NCBI RefSeq assembly: GCF_000485595.1
Contig: NW_014577068.1
Coordinates: forward strand, 1,058,399-1,121,137
DNA length: 62,739 nt
Source: Priapulus caudatus
Taxonomy: Eukaryota
Direction of reading: 5' to 3'
In this document: one piece after another, positions 1 to 13,100 of the stretch
How the letters are laid out: every line of letters starts with the position of its first letter
How positions within the stretch are numbered: position 1 is the stretch's first letter
Translations under genes and position numbers: made by a program
Notes under the pieces: model-generated
What the model was told of the DNA's origin: nothing
The model's database searches: none
The model's input: the letters and a program-made list of their open reading frames with translations, nothing else

Positions 1-374
1 GGCGTGGTTTACAGGTAGAAATGCCTTCAATGCCCTGTGCACGCGCCATTCATTACGCGATATCTAATCATTGATATTATAAATTGTAGTGTATATCCTA
101 CTACTACGTGTTACTAGGTAGTTAGACTAGAGTTAGTTAGCAATCTAGGATATCCATAGGATAGTTATAGCCTATGATATTATTTTAGTTAGTTGTTATA
201 ATATAGTCAATGGCCGCGTGTTGCGCTGTTAGCTGCAGGTGCGACTTGTTCTTGCTGCCAGGGTCAGACATTGCGCGCAAAGTTAAATTGGTGGTGGGAA
301 CAGTGAGTTCTAATACAAATAAATGTCATGGATAACCGGGCCAATTCTGTCGCCTTTAGCTCTGCGGCGGCTGC

Positions 375-1799
375 TGTAGCCCTTCTTTTTCTCCACCCTG
401 TATTAGTTACAGGTACCCCCCCCTACACAGGCACTTCGAACGTCTCCAAAAAAAAGGTAAACACGAAATGTACGTTACTACCAAAGTCTTAATGTTTCTT
501 ACTACTATTTCGCCTATTATTTGCCGATATTACCCGTAAATGCGGTCAAATTAGCTCATCTGCCAACACACAAGTAGCCATGACCTGCACGCATGCCCTT
601 TGATCTTGATTGTCGGCCGCCCGAATATTATGACGCAGGTGGTGGCGGCATGAGTGAAATTAGGCGTCCGGCTCGGACCGCGACACAGATGCCGTGTCGA
701 TTACGGTCTGTGTGCAGGCATCCCAAGTCCACGGATGGTCCGTTGGAAAGAATGAGTTCTTGAAATTCGCTTCTGCTTGAGGTTGCTAATGACTGCGAGT
801 TTGTTGTTGTTTTTGCTCCTTGTGCGCGATGGGACCCATCCTGATGTACTGGACTTTTTGGGATCGCCAGTACTTCCAGGAGAAGTTTGTGAAGACAGGT
901 TGAGTCGCTTCTCTGTTACGCGTAGTTGAACGATTGGCCAATTAAGTGATTGTAACATTGCAGTTACGGCTGTTGCGTTCTGCCCATAATCGATTGCAGA
1001 CGAAGCTAGCTGCCGCGGATTGGATCATTTTTTTTCAATTTTTTTTGATTGTTTTTTAAAATGTGGTCCAAGACTGTGCAGGCATACTTAGCCTTAGACC
1101 GAGTGCGAGATTTGTATGCATGTGGCCTTCAGCCGTATCTTGGGCGCGTATTTTAAATTACTTTTTGACGAAGCTAAAGGGTGCTGCTTGGCTTTCGCAC
1201 TATAAACTATTGATATATATTTGTACGCGTATTATGACGCAGGTGGATGGGGCATGGTGAAATTAGGCGCTCCCGGCTGCGACCGCGACACAGATGGTGT
1301 CGATTACGGTCTGTGTGCAGGCATTCCAGTCCACGATGGTCCGTGGAAAGAATGAGTTCTTGAATTCCTCTGTTGAGGTTCTAATGACTGCGAGTTTGTT
1401 GTTGTTTTTGCTCCTTGTGCGCGATGGACCCATCCTGATGTACTGGACTTTGGGGATCGCAGTACTTCCAGAGAGAATTTTGTTGAGAAGGTTGAGTTGT
1501 GGCTTTCAGCGTTTTGGGCGCGTATTTCAAATTACTTTAGACGAAGCTAAGGGTGCTGTTGGCTTTCGCACATAAACTATTGATATATATTTGTCCCACT
1601 TCAGGGCGTTCGAGAACAAGGGTGCCCTGCATTTACGGGTAATTATCGGCAATAATAGGCGAAATAGAGTTGAGAAACATTAGCCTTTGATAGTAAATAC
1701 ATTTCGTGTTTATTTACCATTATTTTTATTGAGACGTTCCAAGTGCCTGTGCCCCCCTGCAGTACAGGGTTCCCCTATAGCGGGAGCGAAGGGGCTACA
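375..1799. mobile_element. Non-autonomous DNA element with ~170-bp TIRs (375-543 / 1629-1799) carrying LINE fragments
   Basis: TGTAGCCC...GGGCTACA termini; the arms are imperfect reverse complements (CGCCTATTATTTGCCGATATTACCCGTAAATGC vs GCATTTACGGGTAATTATCGGCAATAATAGGCG). Confidence 0.7.
690..1130 (-). mobile_element. Degenerate 3' end of a CR1/L2-group LINE ORF2; second partial copy at ~1290-1500
   Basis: Minus-strand remnants YACTV, MLQSLNWP and, in copy 2, RTRSKNNNKLAVIRTSTEEFKNSFFPRTIVDWNA, the typical post-RT C-terminus of invertebrate CR1/L2-type LINEs. Confidence 0.8.
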
Positions 1800-2147
1800 C
1801 CGGTAGAGCTAGCATAACCTCATCGACGTGGATATCGTTCCGAGCATCGGAAACGCGTTGGGTCGCGATATCACGAGAAAAACAATGTAGCACACACAGT
1901 TCCAAGTAAAACTTTATATCAATACAATCAGGAGTCTATCAGTATCACCCTGATACAATATATGTAAGACTAGCTCCAAGAAACGGTCATACTTCAAGAG
2001 ACCGTGTATTGTGTATATTGACGTTAGTCGTTATAGTCACACAGCCTGGTCGGGCTAATGTAAGACATATATGCCTTCCGACAAAATTTGTTTACTACAA
2101 ACTGTAATATATCTAGCTCTATAGTACTATAGCCCTGGGCTATGGTA

Positions 2148-2498
2148 CGGTGCAAATCCACTTTAGGCACATTAGGTATCACAAAGTGATGCACAGATTT
2201 CTGTGTATCATCAACTGATGCACAGAATTTCCGTATATCCAGATGAGACGGGATACTAGAGAAGCGTTGCCGAAAGGAGATTTGATCCGAAGCGCTCGAG
2301 CGCAGATCTTTCGCGCAGTTCCGCGGCAAGGCGCACGCGATAGGAGTAAGGTTATACTTTATGACTTAGGGTTAGGGTTAGGGTTAGGGTTTTTGCATCA
2401 TTCCTTGATATACGGAAAGTCTGTGCATCAGTTGATGATACACAGAAATCTGTGCATCACTTTGTGATACATAAGGTGCCTAAAGTGGATTTGCGCCC
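2148..2498. mobile_element. MITE with ~90-bp TIRs and internal (TTAGGG)4
   Basis: 2148-2238 is a near-perfect reverse complement of 2408-2498; TATGGTA directly repeated at 2141-2147 and 2499-2505. Confidence 0.8.
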
Positions 2499-3530
2499 TA
2501 TGGTACTAGAGCTATAATATCAAATTAAAATCAAATTTAAATGCTGAAATCATGCTGCAGTATTAGTCATATTAATAAACTTTTCCCGTTTTATTTTGAC
2601 GATTCTTTGGAGTATTATTGATCAGCTGTCCTACCTTGTTAATATAAAACAAACCGCATGTCCCTACGATGCCCCTACGCTGAGATAATGAGCGGTGAAA
2701 ATCTGGTATTCTCAGCCGCCACACAGAAATTTGTCCAAAACAGCTGACGAAAATCACTGTTCTTCCATTAATAAAATCAATACTTGCATTATTTCATATT
2801 CATAGTTATTTGTTCCTTTTGACATCTTGAAAAAGAGATTGAAGAGTCTCATACAAGGTGTTCGGAATAGCTTAGAATGCACCAAATTGACCATTTTTAC
2901 AAAAACTTGTGGAGCTCAGCTAGGATCTCAAGATGCACAAACACACACACACAAATTTACCACCTCACAGACCTTTTTGGCGAGGGGATACACTGACATG
3001 CAATACTCTACGATGCTCAAAAAAAATAGCTATGATCGACCAGTTTCTGATGCTCGAGAAGGTATCTTAACCGAACATGTTTTAACCTCATAATAATTAG
3101 TCTTCAAAGTTCAAGGGACTATATCAAATAGGTTTATGGTATTGACACTATTGGCGTTCACCCTGTACCCTGAACCTGGGCCGGCCCACATGCACTTGGG
3201 CCGTTTCAATAAAAATTATTGTAAATAAACGCATTGTATTTACTACCAAAGTTTTAATGTTTAGTATGTATTCTGTATTGAATAATAATTTCTCGTTAAT
3301 GCCATTCAAATTTTCACCGCAACACATGGTCTCACTGCACGCATGTTACTGTGTACAAATTCACAGTCACAGAGTCGTGAGGTGAGACTGTTGTGGAGGA
3401 GGATTTGAACAGCGTTCACGGGGAGTAGTAACAATAGGTAAAAGAGTGCAGATGAACATTAGGACTTTGGTAATAAATAGAATTCGAGTTTATATACCAT
3501 CATTTTATTATTGAAATTACCCAAGGCTAA

Positions 3531-3602
3531 TTTTTAGCTCAGCTTGACATCGTCAAGCTGAGCTATTGCCATTGGTCGTCGTACGTCCGTCCGTCCGTCA
3601 AC
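3531..3602 (+). mobile_element. 5' end of a HINE/Helentron-like (DINE-1/pearl-type) element running into the gap
   Basis: T-run, then a perfect 14-bp stem TAGCTCAGCTTGAC-ATC-GTCAAGCTGAGCTA, followed by a (GTCC)n microsatellite. Confidence 0.7.
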
Positions 3603-3838
3603 NNNNNNNNNNNNNNNNNNNNNNNNNNNNNNNNNNNNNNNNNNNNNNNNNNNNNNNNNNNNNNNNNNNNNNNNNNNNNNNNNNNNNNNNNNNNNNNNNN
3701 NNNNNNNNNNNNNNNNNNNNNNNNNNNNNNNNNNNNNNNNNNNNNNNNNNNNNNNNNNNNNNNNNNNNNNNNNNNNNNNNNNNNNNNNNNNNNNNNNNNN
3801 NNNNNNNNNNNNNNNNNNNNNNNNNNNNNNNNNNNNNN
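3603..3838. other. Assembly gap (236 N); other gaps at 9818-9842, 33690-33699 and 50733-50757
   Basis: N runs. Confidence 0.99.
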
Positions 3839-3876
<38 letters not shown>

Positions 3877-4002
3877 ATTATCCGCTCTTGATTATACTGT
3901 AGTATGAATGTGTAATGGGTATCATTGTGTTTATGTTATCATTATGTGTCTACAGTGAATTTGCACCCTCTATTTGTTACAGATAGACAGTTAAAAGAAG
4001 TT

Positions 4003-4172
4003 ATGGCAACAGGGTCAAGTTTTATTGGTTCAACAGTTTCTGTGGACTGTGGCAGCATACTAGGCACGTATCAAGGTGAGGTGTGTGATGTCGGTGCGGA
4101 CGATCAGACTATATCCCTAGTGAATGCATTCAGAAATGGTCTAAAGTGCAAGATTTCCAAACTTACTCTCAG
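4003..4172 (+). CDS. EDC3: EDC3 coding exon 1 (LSm domain)
   Basis: ATG at 4003; acceptor TTACAG ending 3982 implies an upstream 5'UTR exon; donor AG|GTAAGT. Confidence 0.93.
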
Positions 4173-7100
4173 GTAAGTGAGTTAGCATATCATTACTTTT
4201 GAAATTCATTCTTAAAATAACTACATTATGAATTTGCTGAGAATTTAAACTGTTTCTCGTGATTTTTTATGTGTAAAGTATTTAAAGGGTTTATTGCAAA
4301 ATTATTGGTCAAAAACACTCAATCTGAAAAAATATAGCGAAATATAGTCTTACCTCACAGCAGATATATTACTGATGACACCAATTTTTAAAAAAACGGG
4401 AGAATTCATGAAGTTATAGCATAGAATCTTGGATTTGAATACATCGTAACACCATGGCATATTTGATTATGGCAACACTCAATTTACAAATGGCACATTC
4501 AATTTTTCAAAACAAGTGCACCCATAGTGCATCTGATTACTACAAATGGGCATTTGATTCTGTGTAGTTGACTCCGTTTGTCTTTTGAAATTGGGTGATA
4601 ATTAACTGACGCTCGTCCGAGATTTGCAAGAAATGGCGGCGGTAATCAAAACAATTATTCAAAATTTGAATCGTCCATGTTTTGGAGAATGTAGCTCAGT
4701 ACGAAGGTTCTAAGACATTTTATAGTTACTCTAGACAGTTGCTGTTACTCAAGCAATAACGGTAAGTGTCGTAAAAGTGGGGAAAACATGAGATTATGTT
4801 CGAAATAAATGCTTTAATACAACACTTAAATATACATCACTGATCTTTTCAAACTACTTGCCCCCTTTTCACGATTTCAGTGCAATTGATATACAAGAGT
4901 TATCAATAATAACATCATCAATAGAGGCCAAATCAAGCCACGGCGTGATTGGCAGCAATAGGGCAGACACAGCAAAGGATGGTCTTCCCCCGCTGTCACG
5001 CAGCAGCCTACCCCCAGCAGCAGGAAGCAGTGTTCCGACTGCTTCTAGTTGTTCCTCTGCACTTCCAAGTAGCTCGAAAACCAGGAACTCCCCTGCAAAG
5101 CTGTCAGAAAGACGGCGTGTATACTCTGGTAAGGGGAGTGTTAATTTGGTACTAACAGTTAAAGGTAGATTCCCTCGAACTTTCAAGCGGCAAACATAAA
5201 ATCAGGCAAAAATTAATTATTTTAACATTGCACGTTTGTACTTGCCTATATATGTGTGATAGGTAAAAAAGATGCTCGGGAATACGTTCATTCGAAGCTT
5301 TTAGACTACAAAGTGAAACTTTTGGGTTGAATGTTTCCCATCGTTTACTTTTGCTGCTATGCGGCGATTGTTCAGCTCCGCGCACTGGCCGTGTTATGTA
5401 TGTATGAACCATTGTAATACAAAAATAGTAATGTAATACAGAAATATGGTAATTACATAATAACCAAATTTAGTCAGCGTACGGGGCAAGTCTGTTTAAA
5501 CCGCGGATCACCGACGCGCAACGACCCCGTGGCCATCTTGAATTTTTAGCAATATCCTGTGACCCTATCTTCAGATACATGCATTTTTTCACTGAAATAA
5601 TCACATCATTAGATTCTGCAAGTCAAAAAACATATAAAAAGACACTCTATTCATGTTTTTGTGTCAAATATTTACGAATATGTAATGCTGTAATGTATTA
5701 ATTTTACTTTGAGGAGTCCACATTTTAAGTTACAATGAGCCTAAATTTGTTCGAGACCTCCCACGATGCTTTGCAAATGAGGGCTATATATATTACCGGT
5801 ACCTTTAAAGAAAAAAGAGATTCCATTCCTTTTTTTTATCTCAGACTCAGTATCCATAAAAAGAAACATGTTTTACTCAGTGAATGGTTGTAATTCCAGT
5901 AAATGAGAAGTTTAAATTTTGTTTTGACATAAATTTAAGCGATAGGCCCTACATAAAGATATAATAGTTGAAGCTACGTACCATACTTTAACATATCATA
6001 GCTGAAGCTACCATACTTTAACATGTTAAATTCTGAATATATTGTTTGCCCCCCACCCCATCCTCAAAATGGATCGAAGCCCCTGATGGAATACAATCTA
6101 CGATATACACGATAAAGTCAAAAAAGCATTATTTGAAATGGAACGTTTTGAAAATTCATCGACCTCTTGTGATCAGATGACCTAGTTTATGGCATGTAAA
6201 CAATACAAACAATAGTTGATACCTGCAATTAAAATGCGCGAAAATGAACCTTTTCTAGATCAAAAATACGAAAAGTTCCTACCGTTGAACGGGATACCTC
6301 CTTCCAGCTCCCCCCCTCGGCCGCTTCGCGGCCTCGCAGGCTCTTGAACCACATCTGGTCCCCCCTTTTTTTAAATAGATTTGCGTCCCTCCCTCCCCCA
6401 ATTTCAACTCTCAAGTGTCACATATACCTACCCTATTTTGTAGGGAATGCCCCCCGGGGGTTACACTATAGATATAGAATACAGAATCTGTATTCCATAT
6501 TTATGGCTACACAGGTACCGTAGAGGTAGAGCTAAGTGCATGGTAGCAGAGCACGTGCTCTGGTGGGAACAAACTTTGTAATGTTACTAATGTACCGCTC
6601 CATTCGCTGGGCGGCGCCACCATACACAATTTAGCCTTTAGGCCACTGTGCTTTAGGCATTTAGGCACTTAAATCAACGTGTGCTCTGAGCATAGTCAGT
6701 GTCAGTGTCAGGCCCACTGATCTCTATAATATAATCGAGATCATAGAGACAACATGTCAGCCTGTCACAAACTCCACGACAGATCGCATCTCGCTCATGG
6801 CTCAATACGTGTATGCCTGAGTCGACAGGGGACTTGCAGTGCGTACAAATACTGTGTAATGTGTATTTATGAAAAAAATATACTAGTTAGACTATTATAT
6901 AGTAAATTTTCATATGCGTTTGTAGTCTGTGCAGAGTTAGCCTATGATATACTGCTTCGTCTGTGCAGCTTGGCATATGACGCCTAGACGCTAGACTGGT
7001 ACCGCATCCCACCCGATTACTCATACCGCTCCCATTGATACAAAACAAAAGTGACGGTACCAGTCAGAGAGCGTCTTGATCGAAGCGCCCCTAATACTGT

Positions 7101-10100
7101 CAGTATCCAATAGGAATTCATTTTATCGTTTGACATCGGCCATTGCGTTGGATTGAGCGTGCAAATAAAAATACATCATTTATTTAGTACAACAGTATAT
7201 TAGAACTAGAAAGAACTGTTCTGCGTTAATATTTACATCTTGATCTTGAGTTCAGAATACATGGCAGCAAGAACAAGTCGCATCTGCAGCTACAGCACAC
7301 ACGGCGGCCACAGGCACTTGAAGCATTTCAACTGTAGCTCTATAGTAATACTAAGCCTGCGCAGCGATCCGCGGGCCCTATAGTATAACTATCACTGAAA
7401 CATACCGCGCCGCCATTGCGCATACGACGACCATAAATATAAATGCAGATGGCCCGGTAGTAGGCACGTATCTTATGCTCGAGCACGACGGAGCCATTCG
7501 CTTCAAATAACGAGACAAAGATGGGCGACGGTTGCCTATGACTTCGAAATACGGCCTGGAAATAAACTCACGATTGAGAGTTAGATGAGCTACGAACCCT
7601 AAACCTAACCCTAAACCTAACGCCTACATACTAAATTAACCTGAAGCTAAACTAACCCTACCCTAACCCAACCCTCAACCCTCAACCTACACCCTAACCA
7701 AAAAGGGCTCAACGACGACGCTACCGACCCGTAGCACTGCGTAAATATAGTATTGTTTAATTAATATAATTTATGTTCAGTGACGGCCGCATGCCGCGGG
7801 TGTGTTTACGTTGAAAGACCTCAAGTGCCGGCACGCGCCATGCATAACCACTAATTAATATGATACTTATAAATTTAGTTATATCCTACACAACTATACT
7901 CAGGATAGAGATAATTAGTAGATCCTAGGATATACATAGATATTTCATAAGCTATTTATATTATGTAGTCTGTTATTAAGACCGTTCGAATCGGCGCCGG
8001 TGGCAGCCTGTAGCTGCATCGACTGGTTCTGCGCCAGTGTCAGAATGGCGCAAATATTGGAACCAGTGCAGCTCTAAATACCAAAATAATGTCATAGGCA
8101 TAACGGGCAAATTCTGCCTTAGCTCTGCGGGGCGTGTAGCCCCTTACTCCCCTGTATAGTACAGACCCCCCCCCCCCTACACAGGCACTCGAGCGTCTCC
8201 AAAAAAAAGTAAACACAAATGATATTACTACGATCTTAATTTCTCTACCTGCTATTCGCCTATCATTCCCGATAATACCCGTAAAGTGCCGGTCAATGCT
8301 CATTCCTGCAACACACATGCTTGACCGCACGCAGTGCCGACTGATGTGTACGCCGCGTAATGTATGACGCAGCGGTGGGGCCATGCTGAATATTAGGCGC
8401 CCCCGCTGCGACTGCACGACACAGATGGTGTGATACGTCGTGTGCAGGCATTCCCAGCACCGATGCGCGTGAAAGAAATGAGTCATGAATACCTTGTGCG
8501 TTCTAATGACTGCGAGTTTGTGTGTTCTTTGCCCTGTGCGCAGATGACCATCCTGATACGGACTTGGTGCAGTACTCCAGAAGAGTTTGTTGAGAAGTTA
8601 ATCGCTCCTTACGGCGTAGTAAGATTGTCCAATAAGTGCATTGTAACATGCAGTTATACGCGTGTTCTATGCATACATCGTTCAGACGAATCTAGCGCGC
8701 GCGTTGGTCATTCAATGTTTTGATTTTTTTAAACAATGGGTCCAAAACGGCAGCTACTCTACTGAACGGATGAGAGATTTGTATGCTCGTGGCGTTTCAG
8801 CTTTGGCGCGTATGCTAAATACTTGACCGAGCTAGGGTGCTGTGGCCTTTCGCGACATAAACTATTGATATATATTTAACCGCTATAGAAGCAGGTGATG
8901 TGGCATGTAAATTAGGGGCTCCCGCTCGCGACGCCGACACAGATGGTGTCGATTACGGTCCTGTTCAGGCCATCCATTCAGCCGATGTCTGAAGAATGAG
9001 TTCTTAATCCTCTGTTGAGCTCTAATACTGCGAGTTGGTTGTTTTGTCTCCTGTGCGCGATGGACCCACCTGATGTACTGGACTTTTGGGATCAAGTACC
9101 CAAGAGAATTGTTGAGAAGCTGAGTTTGGCTATTCAGCGCTTTGGCGTCACAGATGTTCAAATTAATTAGACGAAGCTAAGGGCGTGCTTTCGCACATAG
9201 AGAGTATTGAAATACTATTTGTCCACTTCAGGGCGTTCGACCGAACAAGGGTCCTGCATTTAGGTAAATATCCGGCAATCAATAGGCGAAATAGAGTGAA
9301 AACATTAGCCCATTGATAGTAAATACATTTCGTGTTATTACCATATTTTTTTGAACGTTCCAAAGTGCCCGTCCCCTGCAGTACAGGGTTCCCCTCAATA
9401 GCGGAGCGAAGGGCACACGTAGAGCACATAACGCTCATCGACGGGATATCGTTGAGCATCGAAACAGAGCGTTGGCCTCGGGCTATATGCACAGAAAAAC
9501 AATGTAGCACACAACAGTTCAAAGTAAAACTTTATATCATACAAACGATCTATCAGTATCACCCTGAACAAAATGTAAGACTACGCCCAAAAAACGTCAT
9601 ACTCAAGAGACCTGTAAGTGTATATGACTTAGTCTTTATAGTCAAACAGCCTGCGGCAATGGTAACATCATAGACTCCGAAAAATTTGTTTCACTACAAA
9701 CTGTAAATATATCAGCTCTATAGAAAGCCCTGGCTAGACGGTCAAAATCCACTTTAAGCCAATTAGGTATACAAAGTATGCACAGATTCTGTTATCATCC
9801 ACTAGCACAGATACTCCNNNNNNNNNNNNNNNNNNNNNNNNNTCTTATTCTCTCTGTCTCTCTCTCTCTGTCTCTCTGTCTCTCTGCGCTCGTCTGCTAC
9901 GCGCTTCGGCCCGCTCTCGCTCGCGCTCTCGCTCTCGCTCTCCTCTCCCTCTCCTCTCTCTCTCTCTCTAACTACTCTCTCTCTCTTCTCTCTCTGCTCT
10001 CCCTTCTTTCGTGCGCGCGTTCTCTCCTACGTCGGCTCCCCTATTATTATATATATCCTCCTTTCCCGTTTTCACCTCCTTCCCTTTGCTCCGCATCTCC

Positions 10101-13100
10101 TCTCTCATATCCATAGCTCAACCACCTCGCCGCTCATTCTTCTCTGTTTCTTCCTTTCTTCTCACACCCACACTCTCTCTCTCTCTCTCTCGGATCTCTT
10201 CTCTCTCTTCCGGTCGCCCCCCCCATTATTCCCTATCTTTCTGTTCTTTCGTCACTTTCTGTCTCTTTCTCCCCACAACTCTCTCTACTCTATCGTCGGT
10301 TCCCTCCTCTCGCACCCTCATTCTTCTTCCATCACACTCGATTGTGTTGTTTTTTTCCTTTTCTTCCCACTATCTTTTATTCCTTATTCCTTCTTCAAAT
10401 TTACCAAACTTCCCTTTGTATCGGCCAGTACTCTTCTCTCCCACCTCTGTTTCCTCCGCTTTTGTTTTTGAGAAGTTTAATTACAAGCGAGTTTTACTAT
10501 TTGTGACAAATTCCATTGTGATATTTTTCCCAGGCGATGGGATACGAAAGCTAGATTAATTCAAACAGTTCGGGTAGGAGTCGCTGAGTGTAAAAAGCCA
10601 CCTTGCACAACCCTTCACCCTACACGCGACGTAGCGAAAAGACAGAACCCGGGAGACTGATTCCAGCGACGCCACTATTTGTTAGACAGGGCCGAGAAGG
10701 AGTGACAATACAGCGGAAAAAGACGAGATCAATACGTAAAGTGTGGGCAGGGCGGCGAAGACATGAGAGCGCGCGCGGACAGAGAGCACGGAGCACGAGA
10801 GCGAGGCTGAGCGTAGAGACAGGCACCAGAGAGAGAGAGAGAGAGAGGAGAGACGAAGAGAGGGGGGGGGAGAGAGAGGAGAGCGCGAAGAAAGAGAGCG
10901 TGCTACAGAATAGAGAGAAAAAAAAGAGAGAAGAGAGTTAGAGAGGGAGAACAGAGAGAAGAGGGGGGAGAGGTCGGTTGAGTATGGATGGGAGAAAGAG
11001 GAGATGCGGAGAAGGGAAGAGGTGAAAAGGAAAAGGAGCATATAGTAATATATAGAGCGAGGAAGAACGCGCGCACGAAAGAGAGAGAGAGAGAGAGAGA
11101 AGGAAGATGAGGAGAGAGGGAGCGACGAGCGGCTGCGAGCGCTAGAGGACAGAGAGAGAAGAGAGAAGAGAAGAGACTGGAGAGAGAGAGATGAGGACTT
11201 ATTAAACGCGAAGATAAACGCAAATGGTTGTTGTAAAAACATCACAGGAACATTGTCGGAAGTCGGGTTCACATGTTTATAAGCACAGTTGCAAAGCGCC
11301 TCTAGAATGGACGGATTGATTGGTGGTATTTTAGATAAAGTTTTAATAGCTACTTTGATAAAATGAGTTGTTGTCCTTTTGACAAACATGCTAATGTGTG
11401 ATTAAGTTAACTCCACATGTCCAAGACCCTGATTATTTGTTCATTGCAAAAAAAAAATAACCTAAAAAAATTGTCAAATTAATCAAGTTACACAATGCAG
11501 AAATGCTAATTTTTAGCCCAAATGGTTGGAAATTGCATTTCATGAAGTCTAGTTTTCAATTTTTTTTCCCGGCCGGGGGGGGCATGCACACATCCCTAGG
11601 TTTTGCCTCGGTTGACTGCGGGGCACTCCGATGCAAATCACCAACCTCGGCGAGCCAAGGAGGTTGCGCATTTTTCACTCGCCGCACTTTTTCCAAAACA
11701 CAAGGGACTGAAATTATTATGTACGTTTGATATTTATATAGGTACTGCATTAGATATATATGTTATCGTGCGCGTGCGTGATGAGTGTCTGTCTCTAGCT
11801 CTCTCTCTCTCTCTTCTCTCGCTCTCTCTATCTCTCCTCTCTTCTACTCTCTCGTCTCTCCTCTCTCTCTCTCTCTCTCTTCTCTTGTCAAGCTGTTGAA
11901 ATTCCCCTGTATTTGCATCTCTTTCTCTCCCACCTATTCTCTCCGCTTTTAATTTGCAGTTTATTGCAACGGTTTTACTATTTGTGAAACCAAATTCCAT
12001 GTGACTATTTTTCCGTTGAAGGGATACGCAATGCTAGATTATATTTACTGTTCGTTACAGTCGCACTGAGCTGCATGTAAAAGCCAACACATTCGAACCT
12101 ACACGCGACGGCGCAAAAAAAGCGAAACCGGGACTTACAGATTCATAGACATCCTCACTATACAGTTTGCTGAAAAGTGTTTTGAGATCTCTTGTAGAGG
12201 TTACCAAGCGGTTCTCATTTTTAATAGTAGTTTAGGGTGCCGTTGGCATCGTTATAATTGATTACAGCAAAAAGCACCATGGTGCACTACAACAGTTTGT
12301 GTGGCATTATACCGTAGTATCTGCATTAGTAATCACACGATAGTATATTATATATATTATATATAGCTATATACATATATATACTATGTGCTGTGTGTTA
12401 CTAAATCTTTTTTACATGACTCAGACTATTACTGATATTAAACATACTTTTTTACTACATTATATATATATATATTTTGTCATTTAATTAGTATATATAT
12501 ATATATATCAAATAAAAAAAAGGCCCCACAGGCAATCAAACACACACATGTATTGCGCGCGCGCGTGCATATTACCATCTTCGCTATATAAGGTTGTGTG
12601 TGTGCTGCTGCCGTCGTGCATGTTGCGGACGAGTTTACAGCGGCGCCTATACATACTAATTATACTAATTATAAACGAACGTAAATTACACAGTCTCTCT
12701 GTCTATCTATCTATCTTCGCTTGCTCTCCCACTCTTCTCCTCTGTCTCGCTTCTCGCTCACGCTCACTCCCTCGATCTCTCGCCCTCTCTTTCGATCTCT
12801 CCGATTGTCTCTCTCTCTCTTATTTTGTCCTACTTCCCTCGATCTTTCTCTCTTCTGTGTCACTGTTACTCTTGCGTCTTACCTGTTCTAAAAATCGCAG
12901 GAGTGTAATTCTCTCGTGGCGCAACTCAGCGTCCCTGCGTGCGTATTTGTACAGGTCAGTCGCGTGTAGGTTTGGACACGTGTTTGGTAACGAGTTGCGG
13001 GGCTTTACGCTTAAACGACTGTGCGAAAGAACACGTCAGGCGCCAGCAAGGTTCTTTCCATTCCCCTTGGCGTGTGATGGGCTCATAGGCAACACTACTA

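Noticed and set aside
7596..7700. True telomere or chromosome fusion site
   Set aside because: Short degenerate CCCTAA tracts inside dispersed repeats; similar tracts recur at ~2367 and ~16960.
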